64,000 nucleotides of DNA. It comes from Takakia lepidozioides. Taxonomy: Eukaryota; Plantae; Bryophyta. This document shows, piece by piece, positions 23,829-37,700 of the stretch. The translations under genes and the position numbers were made by a program. The stretch spans positions 30,752,001 to 30,816,000 of the forward strand of contig CM060731.1 in NCBI GenBank assembly GCA_030704615.1, read 5' to 3'. Each line of letters opens with the position of its first letter. Position 1 is the stretch's first letter. Below the pieces are notes generated by a model. The model was not told where the DNA came from. It did not search any database and saw only the letters and a program-made list of their open reading frames with translations.

Positions 23829-24768
23829 TTGTGGGAAAGAGAAGTGGCACGTGCCCGAGCCCTTGGGCTTTCAAGGATGCCATGCCCATGTGAACGTTGT
23901 TTGGGCACTACAAGTAGATCTGAGGACGGTGTGCGCACACATCTCCTTCACCACAAAAGACATGAAGCATTTCGGGTGTGGATTGGAGATGGACCTGCAG
24001 ACGAAGACGATGAGGAGTGGGCACAATTGGACAATGCACACCCCCGAGGGAGCCATACAGACAGCCCAGACGAGGACTATGTCATGGGCGCAGGACATGA
24101 ACCAGGCATGGACGGAGGGGTGGAGATTACTCGAATGTTGCAGGAAGCATTCCACATCATGGACGATGCTGAAGAGGGGGACGGCGCTGCGACAACTTGG
24201 GATGGTGATGACGCAGGAAATGAAGGCATTCACATGGGGGAAGGCGTGGAAGGAGGTGGAGATGGAGAATTGAATTCTGCACACATGACACTAGAAGAAG
24301 CATGTGTGCCACTGTACGAGGGATGCAAATCCACAAAGCTTGCTGCCACCATGCTGTTGATGAACCTGTGCACAACCCACGGTGTCTCAGACCATTTTGT
24401 GGACGAGTTGTTCTCTTTGCTTCGGCTGAACTTGCTTCCACAACCAAATGAAATGCCAAAAAGCTGTCACATGGCCAACCAAATGATTGGGAAGCTCGGC
24501 CTCAACTACGTGAAAATACATGCATGTCCAAAAGGACATGTACTTTTCAGAAGAGAGTACAAGGATGCTATGGAGTGCCCCAAATGCGGTGCAGCCCGAT
24601 ACCATGATGTGGGCAGGTTACAACAGCCAGCCAAGGTGTTGAGGCACTTTCCCCTTATCCCCCGTCTATTACGAATGTACAAATGCAAGACCATTAGTGA
24701 GCTCATGACTTGGCATTCCAGGAATGCCTCAAACGATGGTTTGGTAAGGCATGTCCCAGATTCCATTG
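23829..24768 (+). pseudogene. CACTA (En/Spm) transposase, 5' part
   Basis: CPCERC...HL transposase-associated domain; PLYEGC, KIHACPKGHVLF, CPKCGAARY, LRHFPLIPRL, MTWH, RHVPDS; cut at the copy-B terminus. Confidence 0.9.
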
Positions 24769-25619
24769 GAGGTTTACTATTTCATGAGCAGAAACCATGA
24801 GCCATGAGCCATGAGCCGCATGAGCCGCATGAGCGGTGAGCCGAAGTCTAAGATACGCGGATTTCATGAGCGGACTCCTCCAAATTTGGAAATGCGGCAG
24901 ATTAAACAAGTATTATAATAATAGTTTTTTATTTGACCTTGCCGTTTTTGGACGTTCCAGATCATGTAATGCGGCGAAGATATGTCGTCAGTAAAAAGTC
25001 CGCTCATGGTTTTATAGATCCGCTCATGGAAATAAGTGACCGTGCAACGGGAAATCCAGTATACCACTGCAAAAGGACGTCGCATACTGGCCTGTATAGA
25101 GTATTCCGCGGTTTTACATGCCTTAACATTGGAATGAAGCTGACCCTTTTGCCGCGATTGAACCAATGGAGTCTGCACCAATACAGTCTGCAGTACTTCA
25201 CAATTTTGTCTTCTTCGGGTATTCGGCGGGAAAGGTTTGCAACTGAACTGGGAAATAAGGTGCCGCATTAGGGTTCGCACGTGCGAAATTTCGGAGCGGT
25301 TTGGTGTTGGCGAAGGCCGCCTCTACCAGTACCTACGACGATACTTGGAAATGCGGCGCCGCATTTCCTTGTCGGAGGTCGAATGAGGAAAGCAAGTTTT
25401 CGGAAAGCAGAAAAACATGAACCCTCCAACATACAAAAATACATGCACGTGGAAACAAGTGAACGATATAGTAATATCTTAGTTCGAGCAAAACAGGTTA
25501 CTGGTAGGCAAGACATATGTCGGACCTTTCTGTGGCCAGAGTCTGAGGTACTGGCAGCAGTACAGTTCTACTATCCGAAAAGGATGGGCGTACCATTGTA
25601 TGGGGACCGCAACCCAAGC

Positions 25620-28600
25620 TCACTGGTCCCCTGGATCCATATTCAGAAGAGTGTGAACCTCCTGGGGGCTCAACCCTGGTGCATGTATGAAGTGATGAGT
25701 TGTGGAATTACAACAGAGTCTCTTTAGGTACACGTAGTACAAATGCTTGCAAGGGCAGTATGATGCCCCCTTGTTCGCCATGATCTGGAAGTCGGTGCAA
25801 TTGCAGGTGGGTAATTCTGAAATGGTGATGGTGTACACCTCATTGCGAACAGCTGAGCCCGCCATGGCCATCTGATACACACGCCCGAATCCTGGTGGGG
25901 GCACTTCTGTCGAGCTCTGGATTGTACAGTTCATCCGAAGTGCATTCCCCATCCTTGTCTCGTTCACTTTTGAGGGAGGTCGCCGCCTCTTCGGTTTCCC
26001 CCAACGGTGTGTAGGATGCTTAGAGCTGTCGTGTCCCATTGTTCTTGCTCTCATAGGGGTCGGTGGTGGAGGCTGTGGAAGCGGAAATGGTTCTCTAGGG
26101 ACGTCAGTGCGCTGCACCATCCGAAATCCTGCGGCGGTAAGGGCGTCGGCCTCAACCTGACTCAGATCGCAGCCTGGTTCCACCGGCCACACCGGGGGAG
26201 CCTCTGGCATTGTTTGTATGCCGTACTTGGGCTTTCCATACACGCAAGTCATAATGTCGTGCCTGCAGAACCAGAACTGGGTGGTTGTCGCCTCCGCAAA
26301 CTTTGCATGGACAAATCTTCCTGTGAAAGTAGGAGCAGGGACAGCCCCATCTGGATTCCTCCTTATCATCTCTAAACAACGTTGCCGTGTATCCACACGA
26401 ATTGCAGAACACCTTCCTCGAAACGACGGCTTTGTGCGAGCAATTCTCCACTGTGAGGCAGACACAGTCGTCTCCACAATGGCTTGGCCATACTGCATAA
26501 CAGCGGGCGGAATTTGGGGCAAGGGAGCGGTGGGAATTTTTTGCACGAAATCCCCGGTTGAAGGCGACGGCGATCTGGAATTTCTTGGGCTTCCACTGCT
26601 GGAAGACACATTGTGCGGCAACATGACGGGACCTCGAGGTGCTGTCCGAATGTTCCTGTCGGATCTCCAGGAATCCTCTTCGCACCCGGGTTCCTCTTCA
26701 ATCCTCCGCCTGACAGGGCGAGTCCGGACGTCCCCCTCTAGGTGTTCACCTCTGCGGTGCAGAGGCGTCCCTTTGATCTTCTCTCGCAATGTTGTCGCCC
26801 ATTTCACTGGATTCTTGGACCTCGAAGCTGTTCGTACCAACAATTCCTCCCTGTCCGGCCCAAAGCCCCATTGTTTGCCGCTCAGGAACTTGTAGTACGT
26901 GGCTTGCTGCATGATTGCTCTGTCGATGTCCTCCGTTGTGGCCGTCACTACGTCCACCAGATGTGCGGCAGAAGACGCTCGCCAGGAGGAGTGGACCGAT
27001 TCTGCCATATTCGTGTTCGGCATGTCCGTGTCGGAATCCAAGCACCGCTCCTAGAAGGACACAAACAATGGTGAGGGACCAATCGAAATGTCTGTAACAG
27101 AAAGACAAATGAACGAAAATGACAGCAGCCTACCTCCCGCATGTACTGTCCGAACTGTCGATACCGAAAATGCCACCACCCCAACCAGCTGTGCAATGCT
27201 CCCAGATTGGTTGTCTCCACTGCACCTGACGTGTTCCACCAAGCCTCGATGATAACAAACTTAACCTCTGCGTCATCAAATGTGGGTGCATCCTTCCACG
27301 CCGTACAAAGGACACGGTGTTCAGCCTGGAATGAGCTAGCAACAAATTTGGTAGTGTAGTGGGATAGACTCTGCATCCAATGGAATCCACAGGATCTCTC
27401 TTTCCCCTCCATTGGAACATTGGGGTCCTCACCGTACACACACCGCACCGCTGCCCAGTTGGCCTGAGCGTTGTCTGCCATGAATCCCCTGAAATTGGGC
27501 TCTGGCAATCCCGCCCTTGCCATCTGCTCGTTTATGCCCTCCCACAGATGCATCTCGGACTGTGTGTCCTCCCCTTTCATCTCGCAGATTGCAATCGTCA
27601 TGAGCCTCTTGGAGTGATAGTCATAAACATGCGCACCCATAGTCACCCACTGATGGTTTGTAATTCGCTTGATGTGATCAAACATCACCCAAGCATTCGA
27701 CAAGTTTCCAGTTGTCATGCGAGTGACCAAGTCGACTCCACTCCCAGGCCCACACGTCGACATTTTGAAAATGTAACAACAATCGGATTCGCTGCCTTGC
27801 CCTGGAAACCTGCTACCTTGGATGTAGTCATATCCAGTCATTTGTTTCACCTCCAGGATTGAGTACATGTCCGACCCCCTGCCGAACTCCTGCTTGCAAG
27901 ATACGATGTGATTCCGCACATTCGGACTACAAACGTGCGAGACGGACTCCAAGAGGTCACGCATCTCGTCTTCGGTCAAGGGCTCTCGGTCGGAACCATC
28001 TTCAGACATGATTTTGCCAAGAGCAATCTTGTGGGCTGCCTTCAGCTGAATCTGCTTTGGTCTGGCTCCGGGGCTCAATTTCACCTCCTCTTTTATGATG
28101 TCGTGTGCTTCCTGCACAGCCTCACGCATGTTGCCTCTCGCCAAGGGGTGGCAGTGGACCCCAACGTGTATGCAAGCTCTAGTCAAGTCCGGGAGCAAAT
28201 GGATAACGTAATATTGCTTGGCTCTGCACATGGACATGCACGTCGGTGGTTCTTTGCAATGTGCACACTTGAAAGAACCCGCAGGAGCTTGGCTGGAGAC
28301 AATGAATGGATGATGCGTTGTGCCAGTCCAATCCGTCTCGTTTCTCCGCCCTCCTTTGGAGAGAAAGTGGAAGCAGGTGGGATTGAGGCACCTCAGCTTC
28401 CCTGCACAGAGGACATATCATACACGAACACCATCAGCAATTTTCGTGCTACTGGTCTTCGTCACACACCAGGGGTGTCCATCATGCTTTTGATCCATGT
28501 CTGTTAACATCCCGGAGGCTTTGTTTGACGAAGAAACAGGTGGAAACTCGAAGATGACATTGCCATCGACTTTGGGAGGCAGAAACGTTACCTTTCTGAC

Positions 28601-28956
28601 TGGAAATTTGGCATAGTCGAGAGCAGCCATCTCGGAGCGAGAACCATCGAGGTGATGTTGTCGTAGGAGCTGCACAATGGACCGGGTTGGAGTTATGCTC
28701 GAGGGCACATGCGTAGCACCGACAGAGACGTCCATGCCGGATTTGAACGACCATGTGGAGGACATGGGTACCTCAATGCAATCATCTTCCTCGTCGGAAA
28801 TGTCGAATACGTCCACACGAGAAGCTATGGAGGGTCTTGACGGTCCAGGTCGGGAATGATTATCGTTGCATACCTCTCTGTTGGCAGTGGCCGCCTCTCG
28901 GTTTCCGGACTCATTTGTGGATGGTGTGGGCAGCGACTGATTCGGAAAGGGAATGG
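25620..28956 (-). pseudogene. MULE transposase, copy B (N-terminus displaced to 33651-33916 by the inversion; premature stop at 28418)
   Basis: ORFs 28418-29032, 26948-28237 and 25620-27041 carry the same Zn finger, DDE and SWIM motifs, with no LTR insertion. Confidence 0.85.
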
Positions 28957-31383
28957 TACGACTTGCTCCTTCGCATTCGACATTACCTGCGATTCCCAAA
29001 TGCATTGTCACGTAGCAGTTCAGGGAATTCATTTCAGAAAAGCAAATATGGGGAAGTACCTTGAATTACCTGGAACCACCAAGTCATACGGTTGAGCCAC
29101 ACATCCACTGCAGGGTCGGAAACTTCGAGTGGAAAAGACCACATTGTCCTTATGCTCTCGGATGCATTCCAGATCGACAGCCACCGTGTCTGCCATTTCC
29201 GATCCAATGTCAGGAGCTGGAAGAGAGTGGCTATTGCTAGGAAGGAACTTCAGTGCATTGAAACCTCACCTTCTCTTTCATCTCCACACATGCCGTTGAG
29301 AGGTGATGCAGTTTCTCCAATTGCATGGTCGGCTGCATGGCCCGAGAATAGTGTTTTGCAATCTCGGGGATGAAGTCCTTTCCAAGTGCCGGATCTGCAA
29401 TTGCCACCAGCTTCACAAGCTTTGACTTGTATTTGGTTTTGGACTTCACACCGGCTTCCTTCAAGTGCTCAGTCAATGACTGCAACGTTTTGACCTGCCC
29501 CTCACTTTCCATGAAGAAGTGTTTGGCATGGGCCAAATCCAGCTTGTTGTTTGACTGCCAACAAAAACATGCAGAAGCGTTACATTCGATTCATGTGGAA
29601 AGATTACTGGAAATTGGGGAAGGATGAGCAGAGGGAAATTGGAGGACGACTTACTTCGTATATCACCTCCACCATTCCATCCATAGTGAGACGATACCAT
29701 GTCCGGTCCGTTTTTGCAACGGCTTTCTGAATGAGCTCGGGCTCCAGCATTTCCGCAAACATCTGCGGATCAGTGAGACCAGTTTTCCTCACCCTGTACA
29801 GCATATGTGCCATGTGGGTATGCACGTACGCATTCTCAGTGACCCTGCAAGGCACACTCTCAAGTTCAGTACACGGAAGCACGGAAACAAACCAGAATGG
29901 AAACCGAAATGCGGCACCGCATTTCGAACGTGCTAGGGAGGGTATGAGTATCTTACGAGTTGAGGTCCGCCATGGCATTCTTGAGCAGGGAGGAGTTTGC
30001 CGCCTTCACCTTCAGGATGACACACTCCACCATGTAATGCCAGCCAATGTGCTTGGCATGGTTCTGCTTGATGTACTCCCACCAGGCGAGAAGTCGGTGA
30101 TTCCCGTCCCACACAAAGAACATTTTACCAGACATATGGCCGAAGTCTGGATCACCCTTCAGCGTCGCCTCGAATTCGTCGTTGCGAGTGTGCCAGTGGG
30201 TATCCCACGTTGACAATTCATCGGCAGTGGGTCCACGAGTTTCGCCGTCCTCATTCTCAATGGAAACGTAAAACGCTGCCGATCCCAGACGGTACCCTTC
30301 TCGAAATGCGAACTTCAGCTTATCCACATCTCCGGGAAGGGCCTGCCTGACGATGGGAAAGGAGACCATGCGACAGAGTGGGATTCGAAGAGTCCGCTGG
30401 AATACCCTGCTGCCCAGAACTGTGCCAATGCTACTGTGTGTCTCCTCCAACATTTTATCCGCTGCACTTTTGAAATCCTCCGGAGATATGTCTGTAGGTG
30501 CCGGTAGTGGCTGAGCAGCTGGAGCATCCTCAACTGGAGCGGCCTGTCTGCGGGCAATTCTGCCATTGCAGAGGCCTCCTTCGGGCCTGCTTGCTCATCG
30601 GTGGTGAGGTCTTGCTGCGAACGTTGAGCGGCAGCACCCTCCTCCGGTACCAAATCGAGATCAACGGTCGATCCCATTGCCTTCGCTGCAGCAGAGTCGG
30701 CCCCAACATCTGCAGGCGGGAAATCCTCCAGGAACTGAGCTTCAGCTCGTGGAAGCGGTTTTGCGGGAGATTGTTCGGCCGTCGCCCTGATTGCCTTCTG
30801 CTTCCTCATCCTTGCAGGTGAAGGTGTCTGCTGCAATTGAATCTGTCTTTTACCCTGCTGCTTCATTCGCGTTGGGGGGGGTGAATCGGCCAGAGCCGGT
30901 TCAGAAGCCAGTAGAGGGACGGGCTGCTTCTTCTTCGACTTTGCTGGAGAAGGGCCCGACCCCTGCTGGCGATTCTCCATGACCGAAGAACGCGAGTCGA
31001 TCTCTGGGGCTTTGAACTTGCCCTTCGAAGCCGCGTCTTTGAATCGCACAGGGCTAGGCCCGGCAGGAATACCCGCGCTCGGGGATCGGGTGGGTGTACA
31101 TGCTGCAGCTAGCTCCTCGGACTCTTCCTGCGGCTCTTCGGATTCCTGCGATCCCTCCAGCACGTCCACCTTTCCTGTTAGGCATGCAAACATGTTCTGC
31201 ATTCAAGTCTCCTAGCATTCAGTCTAAGAATTACAGAAGCAAAATGGGGGGTTCGGTGCTCGATCAGCTGCGCGCAGCCCGATCGCATGGAGCTCTCACT
31301 GGTGGCTGGGTTGCCTGAGTGGCCTGCTGCTCGGAGATGGCAATCTCCTCCTGTAGACGCATCTGCTTCCTCCCCTTCGGCAT
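28957..31383 (-). pseudogene. ParB-MTase gene copy B, 5' half (ParB-like domain)
   Basis: ORF 29953-30453 contains FFVWDGNHRLLAW; same exon structure as copy A; frameshift near 30540. Confidence 0.75.
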
Positions 31384-31819
31384 TGGCCTACGTCCGAAGT
31401 ATAATTTCCGGAGCTTGCAACGAGGTCTCCTGTCTGGTGCACGAACTCCCCCCCTCTCAGGTTCGAGCATAAGAAGAACAGAGAGAGGGAAAAGGGGCAA
31501 AGAGTGCAGATGGAAAGGGCGCGAGAGGGGTGACTGAGGAGACACGACAAAAGTAGATGAAACGGCGGTGATGCACCACTTGGGTTCAAAAAGGTTGGAC
31601 GAAAGTGTCTCCTCGTGGAGTTTGCGTCATTACGAAATTCGAATCGTTCAGGGTACGCCTGCCGTCCGAAAAACAAACATCATTATCCAACGGTCAGGCC
31701 GCGCCGCCTCATGCCCCTTCAGTCAGATAGAGTGCCGACATGTGCAGCAATTCCGTTGCTCCACGTGTTCACATTTCAAGGCATTTCCGTCCCAGCGTCT
31801 GATGAGTTGGACTGAAAAT

Positions 31820-33236
31820 GCGAATGCGGCGCCGCATTTCCGTTAAGTACCATCATGAAGCTACACATCCGTACTTGTTGGAAGAAAATGCGGCACCGCA
31901 TTTCCATTCCACCTTCACATACCTTAGTTGTTGAACGGAAATACGGTGCCGCATTTCCGTCCCACAGCTCCATGTATGAGATACAAAGGGAAATGCGGCG
32001 CCGCATTTCCGTTCTGGAATGTCGAAAGGTGCGATTCGGACGGAAATGAGGCACAACATTTCAGTTCCCGTGGTTCATGATTTTCAATGTGAACGGAAAT
32101 GCGGTACCGCATTTCCGTTCCCCCTTCACATACGTTAGTTGATGAACGGAAATGTCGTGCCACATTTCCGTTCGGGAAAGTATAGAGGTCTCACATGGAT
32201 GGAAATGCGGCACCACATTTCCGTACCACAGCTCCAGGCCCCATATACAAAACGGAAATGCGGCGCCGCATTTCTGTTCCCGTTGCGCACGATTTTCAGT
32301 CAGAACAGAAATGCGGTACCGCATTTCCGTTCTATAGAGTATTAACGTCTGACGCTGGCGGAAATGCTGTGCCGCATTTTCGTTCCACAGCTCCATGCCT
32401 CACATACAAAACGGAAATGCGGCGCCGCATTTCCGTTTTGGAATGTCGGAAGGTGCGACTCCGACGGAAATGCGGTACCGCATTTCAGTTCCGATGTTTT
32501 AGGATATTTCATCAGAACGGAAATGCGGTGCCGCATTTCCGTTCTGGAATGTTGGGAGGTGCGACTCGGATGGAAATGCGCTGCCGCATTTCAGTTCCGA
32601 TGGTTCACAATTTTCAGTCAGAACGGAAATGCGGTACCGCATTTCCGTTCTGGATAGTATGAATGTCTCAAGCGGTCGGAATTGCGCTATCTCAAGCGGT
32701 CGGAATCGCACTCGGCTCCATGCATCAGATACAAAATGGAAATGCGGCGCCGCATTTCCATTCTGGAATGTCGGAAAGTGCGACTCCGACAGAAATGCGG
32801 TGCCGCATTTCTGTTCCCGTTGTTCATAATTCTCAATCAGAACGGAAATGCGGTACCGCATTTCCGTTATGGAGAGTATGAATGTCTTTTAAGGACGGAA
32901 ATGTGCTGCAGCATTTCTATCCCTCAGCTCCATGCATCAGATACAAATGGAAATGCGGCGCCGCATTTCCGTTCTGGAATGTCGGAAAAGTGCGACTCGG
33001 ACGGAAATGCGGTGCCGCATTTCTGTTCCCGTTGTTCATAATTCTCAATCAGAACGGAAATGCGGTACCGCATTTCCGTTCCACCTTCACATACCGTGCT
33101 TGCTGGATTAAAATGCGTTACCGCATTTCCGTTCAAGAGAGTATAAAGGTTTCCCTTGGACGGAAACTCGGTGCTGCATTTCCGTCGCTCTGGTGCATGA
33201 CCAAGAAACAATACGGAAATGCGGCGCCGTATTTCC
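31820..33236. repeat. Palindrome array 1, copy B (two 53-bp units fewer than copy A)
   Basis: Same 53-bp periodic palindromes as 9009-10532. Confidence 0.95.
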
Positions 33237-33916
33237 GTCCACCAGCAATCGAAAGAATCACTCGGGACGGGAAATCTGGAACCTCAATGGGTTGCATTGT
33301 TCCGAAACAACATTGCGGCCAGTCTTGATGAGCACAACTTGGTTGTCTGACCGTTTTAACTAACAGTCCTGGCACTTGTCAGTGCGAACGTTTCTGTCTG
33401 CACCGAGAATACTATTGGATCCACCCTCAGGAGAAACTGTCAGGAGATGTTATTTCGTCGCCGGATCGGCCATCATTGTCATACTTACTGGCTATGGAAT
33501 CAAACCTCCCACCTTCATGCATGTAGCTTGAAACAATACTTTCCACTTCAATGTGCGACTTCCAATCGTCGATGGACTCCGCATGGTGCCTGTGAGCCTT
33601 GGTCTGTCGCTATACTGAACCTCGCACTTGCCAACTCCGTGCGGTGTTCGATGGCTCCGAATTCCTACGCTATAGTTTGCTGTCCTCCGCAACTTGGGAG
33701 AGCCTGGATCCCAAACGAGGGAGGACTTTGCAGAGTGACTGAAACTTACCTTTGTTCCAAATTCAAGCTCAAACCGGGCACAGTTTATTTGGAAGAAGAA
33801 AGGAAGGATGTTCCTGGACAGGTTGACGAGACCATTGTCGTGCTAGGTAACGACGGAGGTTGCGGAATCGAATGGCACGTTCCCCCATCAGACACCATCC
33901 TGTACCGAGCTGTGGA

Positions 33917-36593
33917 ACACAAATTCGTTCGGCTTGTACGTCAAATGGGATGGAACACAGACATTAGAAGACTACGTGACACGTTTCAGATGTGCGTACC
34001 AGGACAACCTTTTCGCCAGAGAGCTACAGACAGCAAGAAGGAGCGTGGAGTTTACACATCAGGAGGGAGCGGGGAAAGCTGCAATGCGAATTGTTTACAG
34101 GTGAAGCACAGCTGCCCTTGTATGCGAAGCCTGGTTACGAGGTTTGTCTCGGAAATGCGGCACCGCATTCGCATTTTATGTTTTCGGTGGCACTCTGCGA
34201 GTAGGTTGGTCTCAACTTTTGCTCACGCATGCTGACTGCCTTGCAGGTATATGAAATACGTGCTCCTTCAGACAGGGGCCCTGGCTCAAGAGCCCCCGTT
34301 CTTCATGGCTTGGACCGTGGCGGGCCCAAGCTGTGTCTACACACCCGAGATGCAGAAACAATGGCATCTCGCGCATCTCGTTGGATGCCCGTGGTACCTG
34401 GACATGTCTGGCGGTATTGTTGATGAGTCTGAGAAAGATCTGCACGCCTTGGCAGAAGAGAAGAGAAAGGAAAGACGTGTCCCTGCTGGGCCAAAGTCGG
34501 CAACGGAATCTGCTGCTCTGGAAGAATCCAGAAAGGCAGCTGAGATGGCACAAAAGACGGTGGATGCAGCTGTGCAGGCCCAACAGAAGGGGTAGAAGAA
34601 GAGGACTTGCCAGCAAGGAGCAGCTGTTGTGACACCCGCCAAAACGAAGAAGCAGAAACAGCCTGTTCAGGAAGAGGGTGAGGAAGAGGACTCCGATGGA
34701 GACTTTGCAACCAGCCCACCCCCCAAACGCAGGCTGCCTCCCCTGTGCCCACCGTTGTCACGAGAGGCACGAGAACTGGCTCGGCAAAGAAGGCACTCTT
34801 CAACCCCCCAGGGGGGCACCCTTTCGAGCCGGTGGAAATGAAGAGGCCGAAAGTGGCTCCCGAAACAGTAGTCCAGTGTGTAAATGAGAGTTTCTTGGCG
34901 GCTTTGGATGGACGGGCAGCCAAGTTGGCATACATGAAGACCATGGAGGGTCTGAAGGGCAGAGCACTGAAGAAGGCGACTGCCGAAGAGCCTTCCGACA
35001 CCCCAGGATTTCAGAATATGGTCTCGTTCTTTGAGAGGGTGTGTGCAGACAAGGATTGTAGGAGGGGCGGAAATGCCACCGAGTGGTCTTGCGATATGAT
35101 CATCTTGGATATTCCGGACGGAGAGCCTGTGGAAGGACTGCAAGCTTTGCCATCTTGGAACAGGTACTCGGAGGACTTTTGGAAGAAAAGATTCGGGCTT
35201 GCCCGCATGGTGTTGGACGACAGAGGCTGTGTGGTTGTCCTGGCGAGCAGAGAAAAAACACTCAGACAGGAATTGCGAAGTGGACCCGCAAGAGCGCCGT
35301 CCCGATTCTAAAAAGAAGTGGACGTGCATCAACACATTGGGCCTTCGGTCGGAAGGGAAGAAGGTGATTACGACACTGGCACTTGTCCATTCATTTGCTT
35401 GGGTGTTTTCAAATGCGGTGCTGCATTCGGTTTCTAATCGTTCCCCCCTGTGTATGCAGACAAAGCAGTTCGATGCATACTGCTTGTGAAGGAGAACTCC
35501 ACCTTTGCTTTCCGGAAAGAGGGAGGAAAGGTTGACCCGAACTGCGACCCCCTTGATTACGACGTTCTGTTCAACAACGTTCCCAAGGAACTTCTCCCTC
35601 ATAGCCTCACTTCAACGAACCCCTGCGGTACTCACGGACTCGGAGCCCTGCCTTCATTCAGACAATTATGGAGACATGCACAGACGTGGAGGGCACAGTG
35701 CTCGACCTCATCTGTGGGACAGGTATGCAAAATCTTGATCTATGCTGTTCTGCAAATTCTCGTTAGGATGTAGTTCGCAACATCTGAAGCGCCATGTGGT
35801 AATGTCTGGATGGCATTGTAACAGGTGCCTCAATGTGGGCTGGGCGGTTTTCCGACCGGCACCTCTTTGCCTACGAGGAGGATTCATCCGTGTGGGGATC
35901 CCATCTGGAAAGGCTGCAACGGAATGTTAAGGCTCCCGACAGAGCGGAAGTCTCCTCGGATTCGTCGGAGTCCGAGGAAGACATAGTGGACATTGATGCG
36001 GAGGAGAACCCGGAATACGAGTGAGTGCAAACATTGTAAGTTTGCAAAGCCTTCTGGGTCATTTTTGTCAAACGAATTTCCGGACTGTGGTTTCTCATTA
36101 GTCTCGTTGATGATTGTCATGTGCAGGATTGCAGGGTCCGGGTCGAAACATGTAGGGCCTACACTTCCTGCCAGGAAGAATGTCCCGTTCTTTGCGAGGG
36201 CCAACTTCATGACGAGCCCGGTGAGGGACTACTCCCTTCCTAGGTATGCAGCTAAACTCGCAAATACAGCGATTAGAAGAAGTGAGAATCCCAGTAAAGT
36301 AGAGCAAATTTTGGAGAGGGCTAGGGAGGACAGAAGGATAAGGAAAGAGTTGGCAGCAGCTCAGACAGGTAGACGGGTACGAAAGTACATATGTGATTCA
36401 GCGGATGAGAGCGACGCAGACAGGGAGGAAGACGACCCAACGGAGGTGAGATGGACAATTCCGCAAGGGGAAGATGGGATTTTCGAAAGCCTGGCCAACG
36501 AGCAGTCCGCTGGAGATGAGAAAGGCACTGAGGGGTGGAGGCGGAGCAGGACAGTCTAGAACAGGATGAGGATTCGGATGATTTCAAGATTAA
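33917..36593 (+). pseudogene. ParB-MTase gene copy B, 3' half (methyltransferase-like domain)
   Basis: WSCDMIILDIPDG at ~35084-35122 and VLDLICGT|G at ~35698-35722; premature TAG at 34593-34595 and frameshifts. Confidence 0.75.
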
Positions 36594-36728
36594 TAGAATT
36601 TTAATGAAGTCTCTGTAAATGTAAATTCTCTTCAGAGTATATAAAGGAAATTCTGCCCGACATTCGTGACCCCTCTCCAGTGTGCATTCCAGCCACACAA
36701 TCGCCCAAACCACGACGCTCCCAAAATC

Positions 36729-37416
36729 AGAAATGGGGCACCGCATTTCCAAAATTTTGGCAACTCTAAGAAACCTCTTTGGAAATGCGGCACCGCATTT
36801 CCAAAACAGGGGAGGGACTAAATTTTCCATTTCAATGTTGGCATAGTAAAAAGTAATCGGCCGATTGGAAATGCGGTGCCGCATTTCCAAAATTTCCTTT
36901 GTCCACACGCCAGTTTTGGCCTCTCCCGCTCATTGCATGGATGCCACCACGCTTACAGAGGTCGAACAAGGAGGTCGAGATGGCGGAATTGGAAATGCGG
37001 TGCCGCATTTCCATATTGGGGATGGTCGTTGTTCGAACTGCAGGCCCATCAGCAAAAATTGGCACCGCATTCCATTGTCAAAAAAAAGTCGATGACGGAC
37101 ATGGAAATGCGGCGCCGCATTTCCAGAACGGACATCGCAATTTGTCCTTTGCAGACCCTCTCACGGAAATGCGGTAACGCATTCCATCGCGCTGGTCGGA
37201 AATGTCACACTTTCGAAGTGTTGGACGGAAATGCGGCACCGCATTCCCTTGTCCAAAAAGAAGTTTCCATTGCCAAGCTGGAAATGCGTCGCTGCATTTG
37301 CAATGCCAACCTCGTTGTCTGTCCAATTTATAGACCCGTGTTGGTATTTCGTGTACCTGGACGGAAATGATGCACCGCATTTTGATGCCGACATGGAAAT
37401 GCGATGCCGCATTTCA
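36729..37416. repeat. Palindrome cluster 2, copy B (11 copies)
   Basis: Reverse complement of 2584-3317, lacking one 32-bp unit. Confidence 0.9.
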
Positions 37417-37700
37417 ATGTCCGACATGGCGTTACTCTGGTATATTCTTGACACATGACTCACATACCGGTTACTCTGCTATATTCATCCGGACAGACAC
37501 ATTGTAGAAATGAGACATCAAATTGTAAACAGTGGGCCAATTCCGAGAGTTATTCAACAGAATGAAACACAATCATACAGAAGTGAGGTACGATGGGTTT
37601 ATTGATCGGACACGATGTCTCACATTTACCAACTGCAGACAAAACTAAGCCCTTCCTCCTTCTACATGGGCTTCACCAAGTCAACGGAACTTCAATACCC

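Larger units (their letters stand above)
28957..33916. other. Internally inverted 5-kb segment of copy B (direct repeat of 6137-~11212)
   Basis: Runs in the same orientation as copy A here while both flanks are reverse-complementary. Junctions GGGAATGG|TACGAC and GCTGTGGA|ACACAAAT. Confidence 0.9.

Noticed and set aside
28418-34235. Shufflon-like in-frame domain swapping suggested by ORFs 28418-29032 and 33447-34235
   Set aside because: The GASRNAHKFVRL frame is not the spliced coding frame (which reads EQVVMHTNLF), bases are lost at both junctions, and no recombinase is present.
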